A stretch of 64,000 bases of DNA, taken from contig CAVQRZ010000005.1 in NCBI GenBank assembly GCA_963715335.1, positions 148,578-212,577 of the forward strand, in the 5' to 3' direction. Below are positions 49,220 to 59,443 of the stretch, piece by piece. The translations under genes and the position numbers were made by a program. The notes beneath the pieces were generated by a model that saw only the letters and a program-made list of their open reading frames with translations, was not told the DNA's origin and made no database searches. The DNA comes from an uncultured delta proteobacterium (GTDB lineage Bacteria; Desulfobacterota; Desulfuromonadia; Desulfuromonadales; BM103). Numbering within the stretch: the first letter of the stretch is position 1; every line of letters starts with the position of its first letter.

Positions 49220-49882
49220 TCACCAGGGCAGCTCTTCACCGTTACAGTGCCAGAAAGACCCGGTGTTTTCAAGAGTGAGGGCCTTGATCCTCTTGGTCAA
49301 TCCGGCAACAGATTCCTCAGTTGTCAGCACCCCGCCAAAATTGACCATCCGGGTTTTGACGAACCCAGGATGCAACTGCGCCACGGCTATGCCGCGTCCT
49401 TTCAGATCGATCGCCAGGGATCGACCAAAGGCATTGAACGCCGCCTTGGAGGCACGGTAGCCGTAATGGCCACCCGACTCGTTGTCGCTGATCGAACCCA
49501 TGCGACTGGTGATGTTGGCGATTTTACTGCCGGCCTTGAGATTGGGCAACAGAGCTTCGCAAACCAGCAGGGGCGCAAAGGCGTTAACTTCCATCTGCAG
49601 GCGGAGCGAATCGATATCGAGTGAGCCGAGGACGTTATTGCACAGGACACCGGCGTTGTTGATCAGCAGGTCGATCATCTGGCCCTGCAGAGCAGCGACC
49701 AGCCGTTCGATACTGTCCGCGCGTGAGACATCAATCCCTTCGACAACCTGTACTGCGTATCCCTCTAGTTCGGGCGAGGTTTCACGACAGACCCCCGTGA
49801 CTCGCCAGCCTTCGGTTTTGTAGTGCCGCGCCAGCTCAAGGCCAATGCCGCGGTTGGCGCCGGTAATCACAACGTGTTGCAT
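49220..49882 (-). CDS. Short-chain dehydrogenase/reductase (CsgA/C-factor-like)
   Basis: ITGANRGIG, LINNAG, TSRMGSI, YRASK, LHPGFVKTRM. Confidence 0.88.
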   Translation of the reverse strand: MQHVVITGANRGIGLELARHYKTEGWRVTGVCRETSPELEGYAVQVVEGIDVSRADSIERLVAALQGQMIDLLINNAGVLCNNVLGSLDIDSLRLQMEVNAFAPLLVCEALLPNLKAGSKIANITSRMGSISDNESGGHYGYRASKAAFNAFGRSLAIDLKGRGIAVAQLHPGFVKTRMVNFGGVLTTEESVAGLTKRIKALTLENTGSFWHCNGEELPW

Positions 49883-50180
49883 GACAGACTCCTCCTCAGG
49901 GTAAAGCCTCCAGATAAAGTATACCCCAATGTGCGCCCTTTGGTGCTTCGTAACCTTGTCCGACACCATTCAGGCCTCTGAGAGAGATGGATTGGTTTAC
50001 CCGCCAGAGAGAGTCTCGATGTGATGTGGAAAGGCTGGCATCGATGATGCAGAGCTTCAAAGGCAATTTATGCCGAGCACTCATACTTCCTTGCCTCCTA
50101 ATTGTTTCCTGTGGTAACAGTGCGCAGCTTCTTTGCAACTTTTGCAAAGGAATCAAACTCTTTACGAAAAAGGATCAAAC

Positions 50181-50708
50181 ATGGCACAGGCAATCAAACA
50201 GGCGAAACCGGGCGACCGGGTCAGAATCCACTTCAACGGGACCTTAAAAGACGGGACCCTTTTCGATACGACTTACGAGGGCAACGGCGGCTGCAATGGC
50301 GAAGACTGTGATTGCGGAGACGACGACTGCAATTGCTCGGACGGTGGTTGCGGCTGCGGAGACGCAGCGGGCCCGATGGAACTGGTGATCGGCGCCGAGG
50401 ATTTCTTCCCCCAGGTTGAAGAGGCTCTGATCGACATGGCCGTCGGCGACAAGAAAACCATCACGATCAGAACTGCAGACGCTTTCGGCGAATACGATGC
50501 CGAACAGGTCTCCGCTGTCCCCCGTGACCAGTTCCCGGACGATGTCGACCCCCAGGTCGGCGACACTTTCGAGCTGGTCAACGATGATGGTGAAGGGATG
50601 GTGGTCGCGGTCATCGCCGTGGACGCCAAGGAGATCACCCTCGATGCGAACCACCCCCTGGCTGGAGAAGACCTGACCTTCGAGCTGGAAGTGGTCGAAA
50701 TAAACTGA
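50181..50708 (+). CDS. FKBP-type peptidyl-prolyl isomerase, SlyD-like, with an internal Cys/Asp-rich insert
   Basis: GDRVRIHFNG..DGTLFDT, AFGEYD, LDANHPLAGEDLTFE. Confidence 0.88.
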   Translation: MAQAIKQAKPGDRVRIHFNGTLKDGTLFDTTYEGNGGCNGEDCDCGDDDCNCSDGGCGCGDAAGPMELVIGAEDFFPQVEEALIDMAVGDKKTITIRTADAFGEYDAEQVSAVPRDQFPDDVDPQVGDTFELVNDDGEGMVVAVIAVDAKEITLDANHPLAGEDLTFELEVVEIN

Positions 50709-50713
50709 CCGAC

Positions 50714-50746
50714 AAAAAAAGGGCCACTCAACTAATTGAGTGGCCC
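50714..50746. terminator. Terminator hairpin after the PPIase gene (U-tract on the minus strand)
   Basis: A7 followed by the 11-bp stem GGGCCACTCAA-CTAA-TTGAGTGGCCC. Confidence 0.65.
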
Positions 50747-50992
50747 ACAACTGTTTTCCCCCGCAACAATCCCGCACCAACTCAATCGCCCCCCTGTGCA
50801 TGCCCAAATTGTAGGCAAATCGGCACTGTTCAAGCTGATCCCTGCCTTCAGGCTGACAGCACGCGAAAACGCTGCTATACTGCTCGAATATGCTATCGGG
50901 TTGGGGTCTTAAACCACCCCCGCCTGCAAATATGGCTTCGCGAGTCCACGTTTTGTTCTATGGTTGTCACCAGCTCGGCAAGGAGGTCGTTC

Positions 50993-51472
50993 ATGCAAAA
51001 GATGATTCGTATCGAACCCGCTAAATGTGTTGGCTGCAAGACCTGCGAACTGTCCTGTTCGTTCAAGAACGCCGGAGAGTTCGCCCCCAGTCGTTCCAGA
51101 ATCTACAACGAAATTTTTCTCGAGGAGGCCAAGTTCATCACCGTGACCTGCATGCAGTGCGATGAACCCTGGTGCGAGAAATCCTGCCCGAAAAATGCCA
51201 TCAGCAAGAACATGGCAACCGGTATCGTCACGGTCGACGATGTCAAATGCGTTGGCTGTCGCACCTGTGTCAGTGCCTGCCCCTTCGGCATGATCAAGTA
51301 TGTCGACAGCACCGGCAAGGCGGACAAGTGCAACCTCTGCGGAGGCGACACACCGGAGTGTGTGGCGTTCTGTCCAACCCAGTGCCTGACGCTGGACGAA
51401 GAGGACAAGCCGCTGCGGCAGAAGATGCTGCGTTTCGTCAACACGATGAAAGACGGGCAGATGGAGGTCTGA
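50993..51472 (+). CDS. Polyferredoxin-type [4Fe-4S] subunit (AorA-like)
   Basis: [57 protein letters not shown]. Confidence 0.88.
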   Translation: MQKMIRIEPAKCVGCKTCELSCSFKNAGEFAPSRSRIYNEIFLEEAKFITVTCMQCDEPWCEKSCPKNAISKNMATGIVTVDDVKCVGCRTCVSACPFGMIKYVDSTGKADKCNLCGGDTPECVAFCPTQCLTLDEEDKPLRQKMLRFVNTMKDGQMEV

Positions 51473-51473
51473 C

Positions 51474-53279
51474 ATGAACAAGGGATGGAAAGGACAATTA
51501 CTGCGAGTTGATCTGACGGCCGGCACCTGCAAGGTCGAAGCACTCAACGAAGAATGGGCCAAGGCTTATGTCGGCGGCCGTGGCCTGGCATCAAAATACC
51601 TCTGTGAAGAGATCGCTCCGGACGTCGACCCGATGAGCCCGAAGAACAAGCTGATCATGGCGACCGGACCGCTCACCGGCACCTACGGTGCGGCCAACGG
51701 CCGTTACATGGTGGTGACCAAATCGCCGCTCACCGGCACCATCGCCAGCTCCAACTCCGGCGGTTATTTCCCCAGCGAGCTGAAATACGCCGGCTTCGAT
51801 ATGATCATCTTCGAAGGCAAGTCGAAGCATCCGGTCTACCTGCAGGTTCGCAACGGCAAGGCCGAACTGGTTGGCGCCGTCCATCTGTGGGGCAAGTCGA
51901 CCAACGAGACGGAAGATGCAATCCTGGGCGAATTTCACGGTGACGCCAAGGTCGCCTGCATCGGCCCGGCCGGAGAGATCGGCGTGCATTACGCCTGCAT
52001 CGTTAATGACAAACACCGTGCTGCCGGGCGCAGCGGTGTCGGCATGGTCATGGGCAGCAAGAACCTCAAGGCCGTTGCTGTCCGCGGCACCGGTGGCGTT
52101 CAAGTCGCCAACCCGAAAGCTTTCCGGGATGCCGCCCTCGAGGCCTACGGCATGCTTAAGGCGAACCCGGTCACCGGCGAAGGTCTTGGTGCATTAGGGA
52201 CCCCGGTGCTGGTCAACGTCATGAACCAGTGCGGCGGGCTGCCGACCCGCAATGCGCAGACCGGAACCTTTGCAGGGGCCGAGGCGATTTCCGGCGAGAC
52301 GCTGGCGTCCACTTACCTGAAACGCAACAAAAGCTGCATGGGCTGCATCATCAGTTGTGGTCGGGTGACCAAGCTCGTCGACAACAAGTATGCCGGAGCT
52401 GGCGAAGGCCCGGAATACGAAACTTTATGGGCGATGGGGGCAGCCTGCGGCATCTCTGACCTGGCGGCGATCACCAAAGCCAACTATATCTGCAATGAAG
52501 CCGGTATGGACACCATCACTTTCGGCTCAACAGTCGGATGCGCCATGGAGCTGTTCGAGAAAGGGTTGGCCAGCGAAAAAGAGATTGGCATGCCTCTGAA
52601 TTTCGGTGACAGCGGTGCTTTGGTCAAACTGGCCGAAATGACCGCAAAGGGCGAAGGCTTCGGCAAGAAGATTGGCCTTGGCTCCTACCGCCTGGCTGAG
52701 AGTTATGGCGTTCCCGAACTGTCTATGTCGGTCAAGAAGCTGGAGTTCCCGGCTTACGATGCACGTGCGGTGCAAGGGATGGGGCTTGAGTACGCCACCA
52801 GCAACCGCGGCGCCTGTCATGTGCGCGGCTACCTGATCTCACCGGAGATTCTCGGCCTGCCGGAGAAACTTGACCCGCAGGAAACTGAAGGCAAAGCCGG
52901 CTGGCTGAAGATCTTCCAGGACTTCACCGCCGTGGTCGACTCCTCCGGAGTCTGCCTCTTTACCACTTTCGGTATCGGTGTGCCCCAGTTCACCAAGTTC
53001 TGCAATGCAGCAACCGGCACCAGCATGAGCGAAGAGCAGCTGCTCGAGGCAGGGGATCGCATCTACAACCTGGAGCGGGTCTTCAACCTCAAGGCCGGGA
53101 TTGACCCTTCCCAGGACAAGCTGCCGAAGCGCATGCTCGAAGAGCCGCTGCCCGACGGCCCGCACCAGGGTCAGGTCTCCAAGCTGCCGAAGATGCTGCC
53201 GGACTATTACAAGGTCCGCGGCTGGGGCAAAGACGGCATCCCGACCGAGGCGAAGCTGCAATCTCTCGGCCTCGGTTAA
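51474..53279 (+). CDS. aor: Tungsten-dependent aldehyde oxidoreductase catalytic subunit
   Basis: [69 protein letters not shown]; tupABC downstream. Confidence 0.92.
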   Translation: MNKGWKGQLLRVDLTAGTCKVEALNEEWAKAYVGGRGLASKYLCEEIAPDVDPMSPKNKLIMATGPLTGTYGAANGRYMVVTKSPLTGTIASSNSGGYFPSELKYAGFDMIIFEGKSKHPVYLQVRNGKAELVGAVHLWGKSTNETEDAILGEFHGDAKVACIGPAGEIGVHYACIVNDKHRAAGRSGVGMVMGSKNLKAVAVRGTGGVQVANPKAFRDAALEAYGMLKANPVTGEGLGALGTPVLVNVMNQCGGLPTRNAQTGTFAGAEAISGETLASTYLKRNKSCMGCIISCGRVTKLVDNKYAGAGEGPEYETLWAMGAACGISDLAAITKANYICNEAGMDTITFGSTVGCAMELFEKGLASEKEIGMPLNFGDSGALVKLAEMTAKGEGFGKKIGLGSYRLAESYGVPELSMSVKKLEFPAYDARAVQGMGLEYATSNRGACHVRGYLISPEILGLPEKLDPQETEGKAGWLKIFQDFTAVVDSSGVCLFTTFGIGVPQFTKFCNAATGTSMSEEQLLEAGDRIYNLERVFNLKAGIDPSQDKLPKRMLEEPLPDGPHQGQVSKLPKMLPDYYKVRGWGKDGIPTEAKLQSLGLG

Positions 53280-53300
53280 CCTTACGGCGGTTCAATGACA

Positions 53301-53339
53301 AGGGAGGGCCCCGCGATGTTGCGGGATCCTCCCTGTTTT
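53301..53339 (+). terminator. Intra-operon terminator/stem-loop after aor
   Basis: AGGGAGG..CCCGC-GATGTT-GCGGG..CCTCCCT followed by GTTTT. Confidence 0.55.
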
Positions 53340-53378
53340 GAGTCTGAAGCCGCATCTTGCTGAAGGCTTCAGGTGGGA

Positions 53379-54614
53379 ATGGGGTACGACGTGGCAGAAG
53401 CTTTCGACTACGTAATTATCGGCAACAGCGCGGCAGGCCTGCAGGCGCTGAAAACTCTTCGCAAGCACGCCAGAAGCGCATCCGTGGCAATCATCGACCG
53501 CGAGGATTGTCCGGCCTACTCCCGGGTCTTGACACCTTACTTCGTAGGTGGCAAGACCGCGCGCACCAATCTCTTCATTGTTGAACCTGACCATTATGAC
53601 CAGGCTGGAGTGACCACCCTGTTCGGCCGCAATGTGGTCGCCCTGGATGCCGAAAGCCGGCAGCTGGGAATGGAAGATGGCAGCTGCGTCACCTTTGGCA
53701 AACTGCTGCTGGCAACCGGGGCAGAGGCACGACAGCTGGAAGTCGCCTCTGATCGCTCCAGCGTATTGCGCCACATGTCTGACGCGGAGCAACTGGTCGA
53801 GTTGATGTCAGAGGCGAAGACGATCACCGCGATCGGCGCCGGCCTGGTCAGCCTGCCGCTGCTCTCCCATGCCCCGGAGACGATTGAAAAACACATGGTG
53901 GTCGGTTCGAACCGCATCTTGAGTCGCATGGTGGATGCCGAAGCCTCGGCCATCCTCGAAACCCGTTTCACTGAGAAAGGTCTGCAGCTGCACAAGCAGA
54001 ATGACATCGTGGCGATTGAGGAGAGAGAGCGCCTGCTGTTGCACCTGGCCTCCGGAGCCACCTTGTCCAGCGACATGCTGATCGTCGGCAAGGGTGTTGA
54101 GCCCAACAGCGAGTTGGCACGTCAAGCCGGCCTGCAGGTCAACTACGGCGTACTGGTCGACGACTACTGCCGCACCAGCCATGCCGATGTCTATGCTGCC
54201 GGCGACGCTGCCGAAGGCAGGGACTTCATCACCGGCAAACCGACTATCCAGGGGAACTGGATGACCGCCGTCGAGCAAGGAGAGAATGCCGCCCTGAACA
54301 TGCTGGGGATGCAGTGTGCCTATCCTGGAAGCCTGAAAAACAACATCACCGAGATGTTCGGCGTGGACATAGCGGCGATCGGAGATTGCCTGGCAGATAC
54401 CGGACGGAGTGTCAGGATTCACGACCAGAAGACCGGTCGCTTCCGCAAGGTATTCCTCAATGATCAGGAGCAGGTGATCGGTGCGATCCTGATCGGCGAG
54501 ACCAACGATGCGGGGGGCTATTATAAATGGATTCGTACCCGCTCAGTTTTCCCGGGCAGGCAGGCCCTGAGCGGCGCCAACACCTATGCCGGCTTCCAGC
54601 GGCGCATGGCTTAA
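53379..54614 (+). CDS. FAD/NAD(P)-dependent oxidoreductase (AorC-like)
   Basis: VIIGNSAAG, LLLATG, IGAGLV, TSHADVYAAGDAAE. Confidence 0.85.
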   Translation: MGYDVAEAFDYVIIGNSAAGLQALKTLRKHARSASVAIIDREDCPAYSRVLTPYFVGGKTARTNLFIVEPDHYDQAGVTTLFGRNVVALDAESRQLGMEDGSCVTFGKLLLATGAEARQLEVASDRSSVLRHMSDAEQLVELMSEAKTITAIGAGLVSLPLLSHAPETIEKHMVVGSNRILSRMVDAEASAILETRFTEKGLQLHKQNDIVAIEERERLLLHLASGATLSSDMLIVGKGVEPNSELARQAGLQVNYGVLVDDYCRTSHADVYAAGDAAEGRDFITGKPTIQGNWMTAVEQGENAALNMLGMQCAYPGSLKNNITEMFGVDIAAIGDCLADTGRSVRIHDQKTGRFRKVFLNDQEQVIGAILIGETNDAGGYYKWIRTRSVFPGRQALSGANTYAGFQRRMA

Positions 54615-54646
54615 CAGCCCGTCCGGCTGTCCGGAAAAGGAGGCCA

Positions 54647-54928
54647 ATGGTACAGGTTCAATTTTACAGTCTGCTGCGCATGCTGCTCAAGCAAGAGCAG
54701 ATCGACCTGCCCGCTATCGAAGGAGAAACGGTCGCGCAATTGCTGGGTAGGGTCCAGCGGCAGTTGCCGACACCCTTTCTGCACAAGCTGCTCAACGATG
54801 ATGGCAGCATGCACTCAGGAACCATCATTCTCGTTAATCGACATAACATCCACCACCTCGAGGAGTTGCAGACGCCTGTGAACGACAACGACGTGGTCGC
54901 AATGTTCCCGCCGGGGGCCGGGGGGTAA
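54647..54928 (+). CDS. MoaD/ThiS-family sulfur carrier
   Basis: Ubiquitin-like; ILVN..I..L..DVVAMFPPGAGG with C-terminal GG. Confidence 0.88.
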   Translation: MVQVQFYSLLRMLLKQEQIDLPAIEGETVAQLLGRVQRQLPTPFLHKLLNDDGSMHSGTIILVNRHNIHHLEELQTPVNDNDVVAMFPPGAGG

Positions 54929-54932
54929 CAGT

Positions 54933-55601
54933 TTGACAGCGCAACGCTACGCACGCCAGGTGCTGCACTGGGGCGATCGGAATCAGCAGCGGATTGCCGA
55001 GGCCGCGGTTTTGGTCGCCGGGGTCGGCGGGCTGGGGGCAACTCTCAGCCAGCTGCTGGCGCGCGCCGGGATCGGCAAACTCTATCTGGTTGATGATGGC
55101 ATCGTCGACTGGCCCGACCTGAACCGGCAGCTGTTGTATGGTGAGAAGGATATCGGCCTGGGGAAATTGCAAGTGGCCGGAGAGAGACTGAGAGCCATCA
55201 ACAGCGCCACCGAGATCACCCTGATCGAGGGGCGGATCGAGGCAGACTTTGTCATGCCGGCGGGCCTGAGCGCTGTTGCCGATTGCCTCGACAATTACCC
55301 GAGCCGCTTCCTGCTCGACAAGCTGACCCCGGCAGGGGTGTGCCTGGTGCATGGCGGCCTGGAAGGTGACCATGGCCAGGTCATGACCCTGCAATCCGGC
55401 CGATCGCAGCCAATGGCGGAAATCTTTGCCGGGGCCTGCCAGCCCGAAGGGAGTATCCCGGTGACCCCGGATAACGTGGTAATCGTTGCCGGTTTGATGG
55501 CCAATGAACTCTTCGCCATCCTCTTCGGCCAGCCAAAACTGCTCGACAGGTGCCTGGTTGTCAGCCTCGCCGACTTCCATGTGGCCTTTCTGGATATCTA
55601 G
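54933..55601 (+). CDS. ThiF/MoeB-family adenylyltransferase
   Basis: RYARQ, VAGVGGLG, LVDDGIVDWPDLNRQ, ADCLDN; no C-terminal Zn CxxC pairs. Confidence 0.85.
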   Translation: MTAQRYARQVLHWGDRNQQRIAEAAVLVAGVGGLGATLSQLLARAGIGKLYLVDDGIVDWPDLNRQLLYGEKDIGLGKLQVAGERLRAINSATEITLIEGRIEADFVMPAGLSAVADCLDNYPSRFLLDKLTPAGVCLVHGGLEGDHGQVMTLQSGRSQPMAEIFAGACQPEGSIPVTPDNVVIVAGLMANELFAILFGQPKLLDRCLVVSLADFHVAFLDI

Positions 55602-55617
55602 ACGCGCAGGAGACTTG

Positions 55618-55926
55618 ATGGGAAAAGACAGGGGTCAGCCCACAATTGTCAGAAAAGAGATGGGGATCACCCATGAAGATTTTTATGCTGAACTTCCTGC
55701 CCTGCTTAACGAAACTCCTTATCAGCAGAGCGCTGACACCATCAGATTTAAGCGTCATGGCAAACGGATTGAAATCGCTCTGGGCCCGGAAGGGGGCCGC
55801 CAGATCGGCCATTCGATGCGGCTGCCCGTGACCCCTGTTGAAATTCGTTTCTTTGACCTTGCCGAACAAGAAATGGGTGACTTTGTCAGGCATTTCAACT
55901 TAAGATTCATGAAAGGTGGAGGATAA
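55618..55926 (+). CDS. Small hypothetical protein in the aor/tup operon
   Basis: AGGAG RBS, 102 aa; KEMGITHEDF..LPVTPV..F..RFMKGGG. Confidence 0.6.
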   Translation: MGKDRGQPTIVRKEMGITHEDFYAELPALLNETPYQQSADTIRFKRHGKRIEIALGPEGGRQIGHSMRLPVTPVEIRFFDLAEQEMGDFVRHFNLRFMKGGG

Positions 55927-55985
55927 CCGCCTCTAATTACAGCGATTACTAGACTTCCTTAGCCAACGACAAGGAGAGAGCCAAA

Positions 55986-56789
55986 ATGTTCAATCTACGA
56001 CAACTTGCGATCGGCATTGCTCTGTCATTACTGCTGACTTCAACAGCACCCGCCGCCGAACATCTGCGCCTGGCAACGACCACCTCCACCGAGAACTCAG
56101 GCTTGCTCGCAGAGCTTCTGCCGCCGTTCGAGACCGCCAATGACTGCCAGATCGACGTGATCGCGGTAGGCACCGGCAAGGCCATCAAGCTGGGGGAAAC
56201 CGGTGATGTCGACGTCATCATGGTCCACGCCCGCAGCATGGAAGACCAGTTCGTCGAAGCCGGCTACGGTGTCGAACGCCGCGACGTGATGTACAACGAC
56301 TTCGTCATCCTCGGCCCGGCAGCCGACCCGGCAGGGGTCAAAGGCGGCAAGGATGCGGCCGAAGCGATGGCCAAAATTTCCGCCAGCAAAAGCACCTTCG
56401 TTTCACGCGGCGATGATTCCGGAACCCACGCCCGGGAAAAACAGCTTTGGCAGAAAGCAGGGATCACACCTGCAGGCGACTGGTACCTCGAAGCGGGACG
56501 CGGCATGGGTGAAGTCATTATCATGGCCGGAGAACGGCAGGGCTACGCCCTGAGTGACCGCGGCACCTACATCGCCTACGCAGCAAAGACCCCTCTGCAG
56601 ATCGTCGTCGAAGGCGATAAAGACCTGTTCAATCCCTACGGCGTGATCATGGTCAACCCGGCCAGGCACAGCCATGTGAAAGCTGATCTGGCCAGGGAAT
56701 TTCTCGATTACCTGACTTCGGACCAGGCAAAGCAACTTATCACCGGATTTCGCAAAGGTGGCAAGCAACTCTTTTACGTTGCTGACTAA
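55986..56789 (+). CDS. tupA: Tungstate ABC transporter substrate-binding protein
   Basis: LRLATTTSTENSGLL (TTTS), VGTGKA, MVHA, MYNDF, SRGDDSGTH, SDRGTY, NPYG. Confidence 0.92.
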   Translation: MFNLRQLAIGIALSLLLTSTAPAAEHLRLATTTSTENSGLLAELLPPFETANDCQIDVIAVGTGKAIKLGETGDVDVIMVHARSMEDQFVEAGYGVERRDVMYNDFVILGPAADPAGVKGGKDAAEAMAKISASKSTFVSRGDDSGTHAREKQLWQKAGITPAGDWYLEAGRGMGEVIIMAGERQGYALSDRGTYIAYAAKTPLQIVVEGDKDLFNPYGVIMVNPARHSHVKADLAREFLDYLTSDQAKQLITGFRKGGKQLFYVAD

Positions 56790-56797
56790 GGAGCACC

Positions 56798-57484
56798 TTG
56801 GGCTATCTAGGCGACTCACTGCTGACCGCAATTGAACTGATTCTCAGCTTTGACCGGGAAGTCCGGACGGCGGTCTGGGTCTCCCTGTACACCTCGTGCT
56901 GTGCAATCGTGATTGCGGCGCTGCTCGGGGTGCCGGCCGGCCTGTGGCTCGGGCTCAACCGCTTTCGTGGCCGGAAGCTAATGATCACCCTGCTCAACAC
57001 GCTGATGGCCCTGCCGACTGTAGTGGTCGGCCTGCTGTTGTTTGGTTTGTTCAGTCGTCAGGGTCCGCTCGGGCCGCTGGGTTTGCTCTTCACCCCGCTG
57101 GCGATGATCGCCGGCCAGACGGTGCTGGCAGCACCGATCGTCGCCAACCTGGTGCTGGCGGCGGTGGCCGGCGCCGACCAGCGGATCATCAACACCGCAC
57201 TCACCCTCGGTGCCAGCCGCCTGCAGGCGGCGATCCAGTTGTTGCGCGAGATTCGCTTCGGGGTTATGGCAGCGGTGATCGCCGGTTTCGGTCGAGTCAT
57301 CGCCGAAGTCGGGGTGGCGATGATGCTCGGTGGCAATATCCGCAACAGCACCCGGACCATGACCACGGCGATCGCCCTGGAAACCAGTAAGGGAGAGTTC
57401 GCCTTCGGCTTGGCGCTGGGGATCATCCTGTTGTCTGTCGCCCTGATCGTTAATCTCTTTCTGAATTCCCTGCAACAGAGGTGA
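56798..57484 (+). CDS. tupB: Tungstate ABC transporter permease
   Basis: NTLMALPTVVVGL, SRQGPLG, GFGRVIAEVG, GGNI..TRTMTTAIALETSKG. Confidence 0.92.
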   Translation: MGYLGDSLLTAIELILSFDREVRTAVWVSLYTSCCAIVIAALLGVPAGLWLGLNRFRGRKLMITLLNTLMALPTVVVGLLLFGLFSRQGPLGPLGLLFTPLAMIAGQTVLAAPIVANLVLAAVAGADQRIINTALTLGASRLQAAIQLLREIRFGVMAAVIAGFGRVIAEVGVAMMLGGNIRNSTRTMTTAIALETSKGEFAFGLALGIILLSVALIVNLFLNSLQQR

Positions 57485-57487
57485 ATC

Positions 57488-58189
57488 ATGCAGCCGGTGG
57501 TCTCGCTTAACAACATTCGGGTTAAACTTGGTGAGAATTTCAGCCTGTCGGTTCAAAGCCTCGCCCTGCAACCATGCCGAATTTATGCACTGACCGGGCC
57601 TAACGGCTCCGGCAAGAGCACCTTGCTGCGCGTTATGGCGTTGTTAATTGCACCGCAGGCAGGCTCGATCGAATTTTCCGGCAGTGAACCGCGCGATCTT
57701 GTCCGGCAGCGGCAAAGAGTCACCCTGGTCGAGCAGTCTCCCTACCTGTTCAAGGGCAGCGTGACCGATAACTTGTGCTACGGGCTTAAACTGCGTGGCA
57801 TCGACAGCAGGGAGCGAAGCGAGCGAATCAGCATGACGCTGGCAATCGTCGGACTTGAGGGGTTCGAGCAACGCCAGGCGACAGAGCTTTCCGGTGGCGA
57901 GGTGCAGCGGGTCGCCCTGGCACGGGCCCTGGTTCTTAAACCGGAGTTGCTGCTGCTGGACGAACCCACCGCCAACATCGACAGCAACAGCCTGCAGTCG
58001 TATGAAGCCCTGATCAGCGGCCTGCCCGAATACGGGTCCACGGTCGTGTTTTCCACCCACGACCCGTCTCAATCCAGACGCCTTGGAGAAGAGGTTATTC
58101 GGATCGAAAATGGACAGATAATCGACGGCTGCCGCCTGCGTCCGGCGGAGACTGCTTTAAGTGAACGGAGTAGTGCGTATGGCGCATAG
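57488..58189 (+). CDS. tupC: Tungstate ABC transporter ATPase
   Basis: GPNGSGKST, LSGGEVQR, LLLDEPT, STHD. Confidence 0.88.
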   Translation: MQPVVSLNNIRVKLGENFSLSVQSLALQPCRIYALTGPNGSGKSTLLRVMALLIAPQAGSIEFSGSEPRDLVRQRQRVTLVEQSPYLFKGSVTDNLCYGLKLRGIDSRERSERISMTLAIVGLEGFEQRQATELSGGEVQRVALARALVLKPELLLLDEPTANIDSNSLQSYEALISGLPEYGSTVVFSTHDPSQSRRLGEEVIRIENGQIIDGCRLRPAETALSERSSAYGA

Positions 58190-59391
58190 TTTTGCATCTG
58201 CCAGAGCAATGATCCTGGAGAGCGTTGCCGTTCTGCCCTCTGTGCCGGTGTCATTGCTGGACGTTGTCGGCATGGTTATCGCTGAAGATATCAGGGCACC
58301 CTGGGACATGCCACGCTGGGACAATTCGGCGATGGACGGTTTTGCTGTCAGGTCAGAAGATTGCGGTTGCGGACACATGCTCATGATCGAAGGGTACATC
58401 CCGGCGGGGTCCAGCGCCAGCGGGATTGTGGTCAAACCTGGAACGGCGGTAAAAATCATGACCGGTGCACCGGCGCCGAGCGGTTGCGATGCAATCGTTC
58501 CGATTGAGGATACGGCAGAAAAAGACGGCAGGCTTGTCGTAACCTGCCAGGTCAAGCCGGGAGATCATCTCCGCGTGCGCGGCGAGGATGTGTCGAAGGG
58601 TGAGCTGGTCATCACTGCCGGTACGGCCCTGCGCCCGCCTGAAATCAATATGCTCGCCTCGTTCGGATACCGGACGGTTGCCGTATTCCGTCGGCCGAAG
58701 GTCGCAGTTCTGTCGACCGGTGATGAGCTGGTGGAACCGGGTGAAGAGGTCGGTCCCGGCCAGATCATCAACAGCAATGACTACTCGATTGCGGCAGCGG
58801 TCAGGGAGCTCGGCGGTGAACCGTTACTTCTCGGGATTGCCCGCGACGACCGCGAAAGCCTTACCGAAAAGATCAACGCCGGATTACAGGCCGACGTACT
58901 GATTACCACGGCCGGAGTGTCGATGGGGGATCGCGACCTGGTCTGCGAAGTGTTGGACTACACTGGGTGTTGAACGCCGGTTTTGGCAGGTTGATATCAA
59001 ACCCGGGCGGCCAACCGCCTTTGGCCTCAAAAACGGCAAGCCGGTCTTTTCTCTGCCCGGCAACCCGGTGTCGAGCATGATCACCTTTGAACAGTTTGTC
59101 AGGCCCGCGCTGCTGAAGATGATGGGGCATCAAAGGGTCATCAAGCCTCACATCAAGGCGGTCCTGAAAGAGCCTATAAAAAAGAAGCCGGGCAGAGTCC
59201 AATTCCTGCGGGTGCGGGTGGTTGATGACGGAGGGCAGCTGCTCGCTACAAGTTCGGGAGACCAGAACACCGGGATTCTGCGCACCCTGTTGCGCGCCAA
59301 CGGGATTGCGATTCTGCCTGCCGACCGGGAGCAGGTCCTGGCTGGCGAAGTGGTTGATGTTCAGTTGATCGCGGCCATCGAAGAGCCTTGA
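58179..59391 (+). pseudogene. moeA: Molybdopterin Mo/W insertase MoeA interrupted by a 1-nt frameshift near 58959
   Basis: SAMDGFA, IMTGAP, STGDEL, AGVSMGDRD in the 5' frame. Deleting one base in GACTACACTG restores TLGVERRFWQVDIKPGRPTAFG..LPGNPVSS, continuous with ORF 59068..59391. Confidence 0.85.
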
Positions 59392-59443
59392 TGCGCTACC
59401 GGAAGGCCCTGCCGCACGAATTTTCGGCAACGGGAGTAGATGA

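Noticed and set aside
50880..50992. Moco/Tuco riboswitch before the aor or tup genes
   Set aside because: The characteristic conserved segments were not found by eye upstream of aorA or tupA; an Rfam scan would settle it.
58968..58994. TGT-TGA (Cys-Sec) in moeA
   Set aside because: The frame stops again after six codons and the MoeA motifs continue in a different frame, so this is a frameshift.
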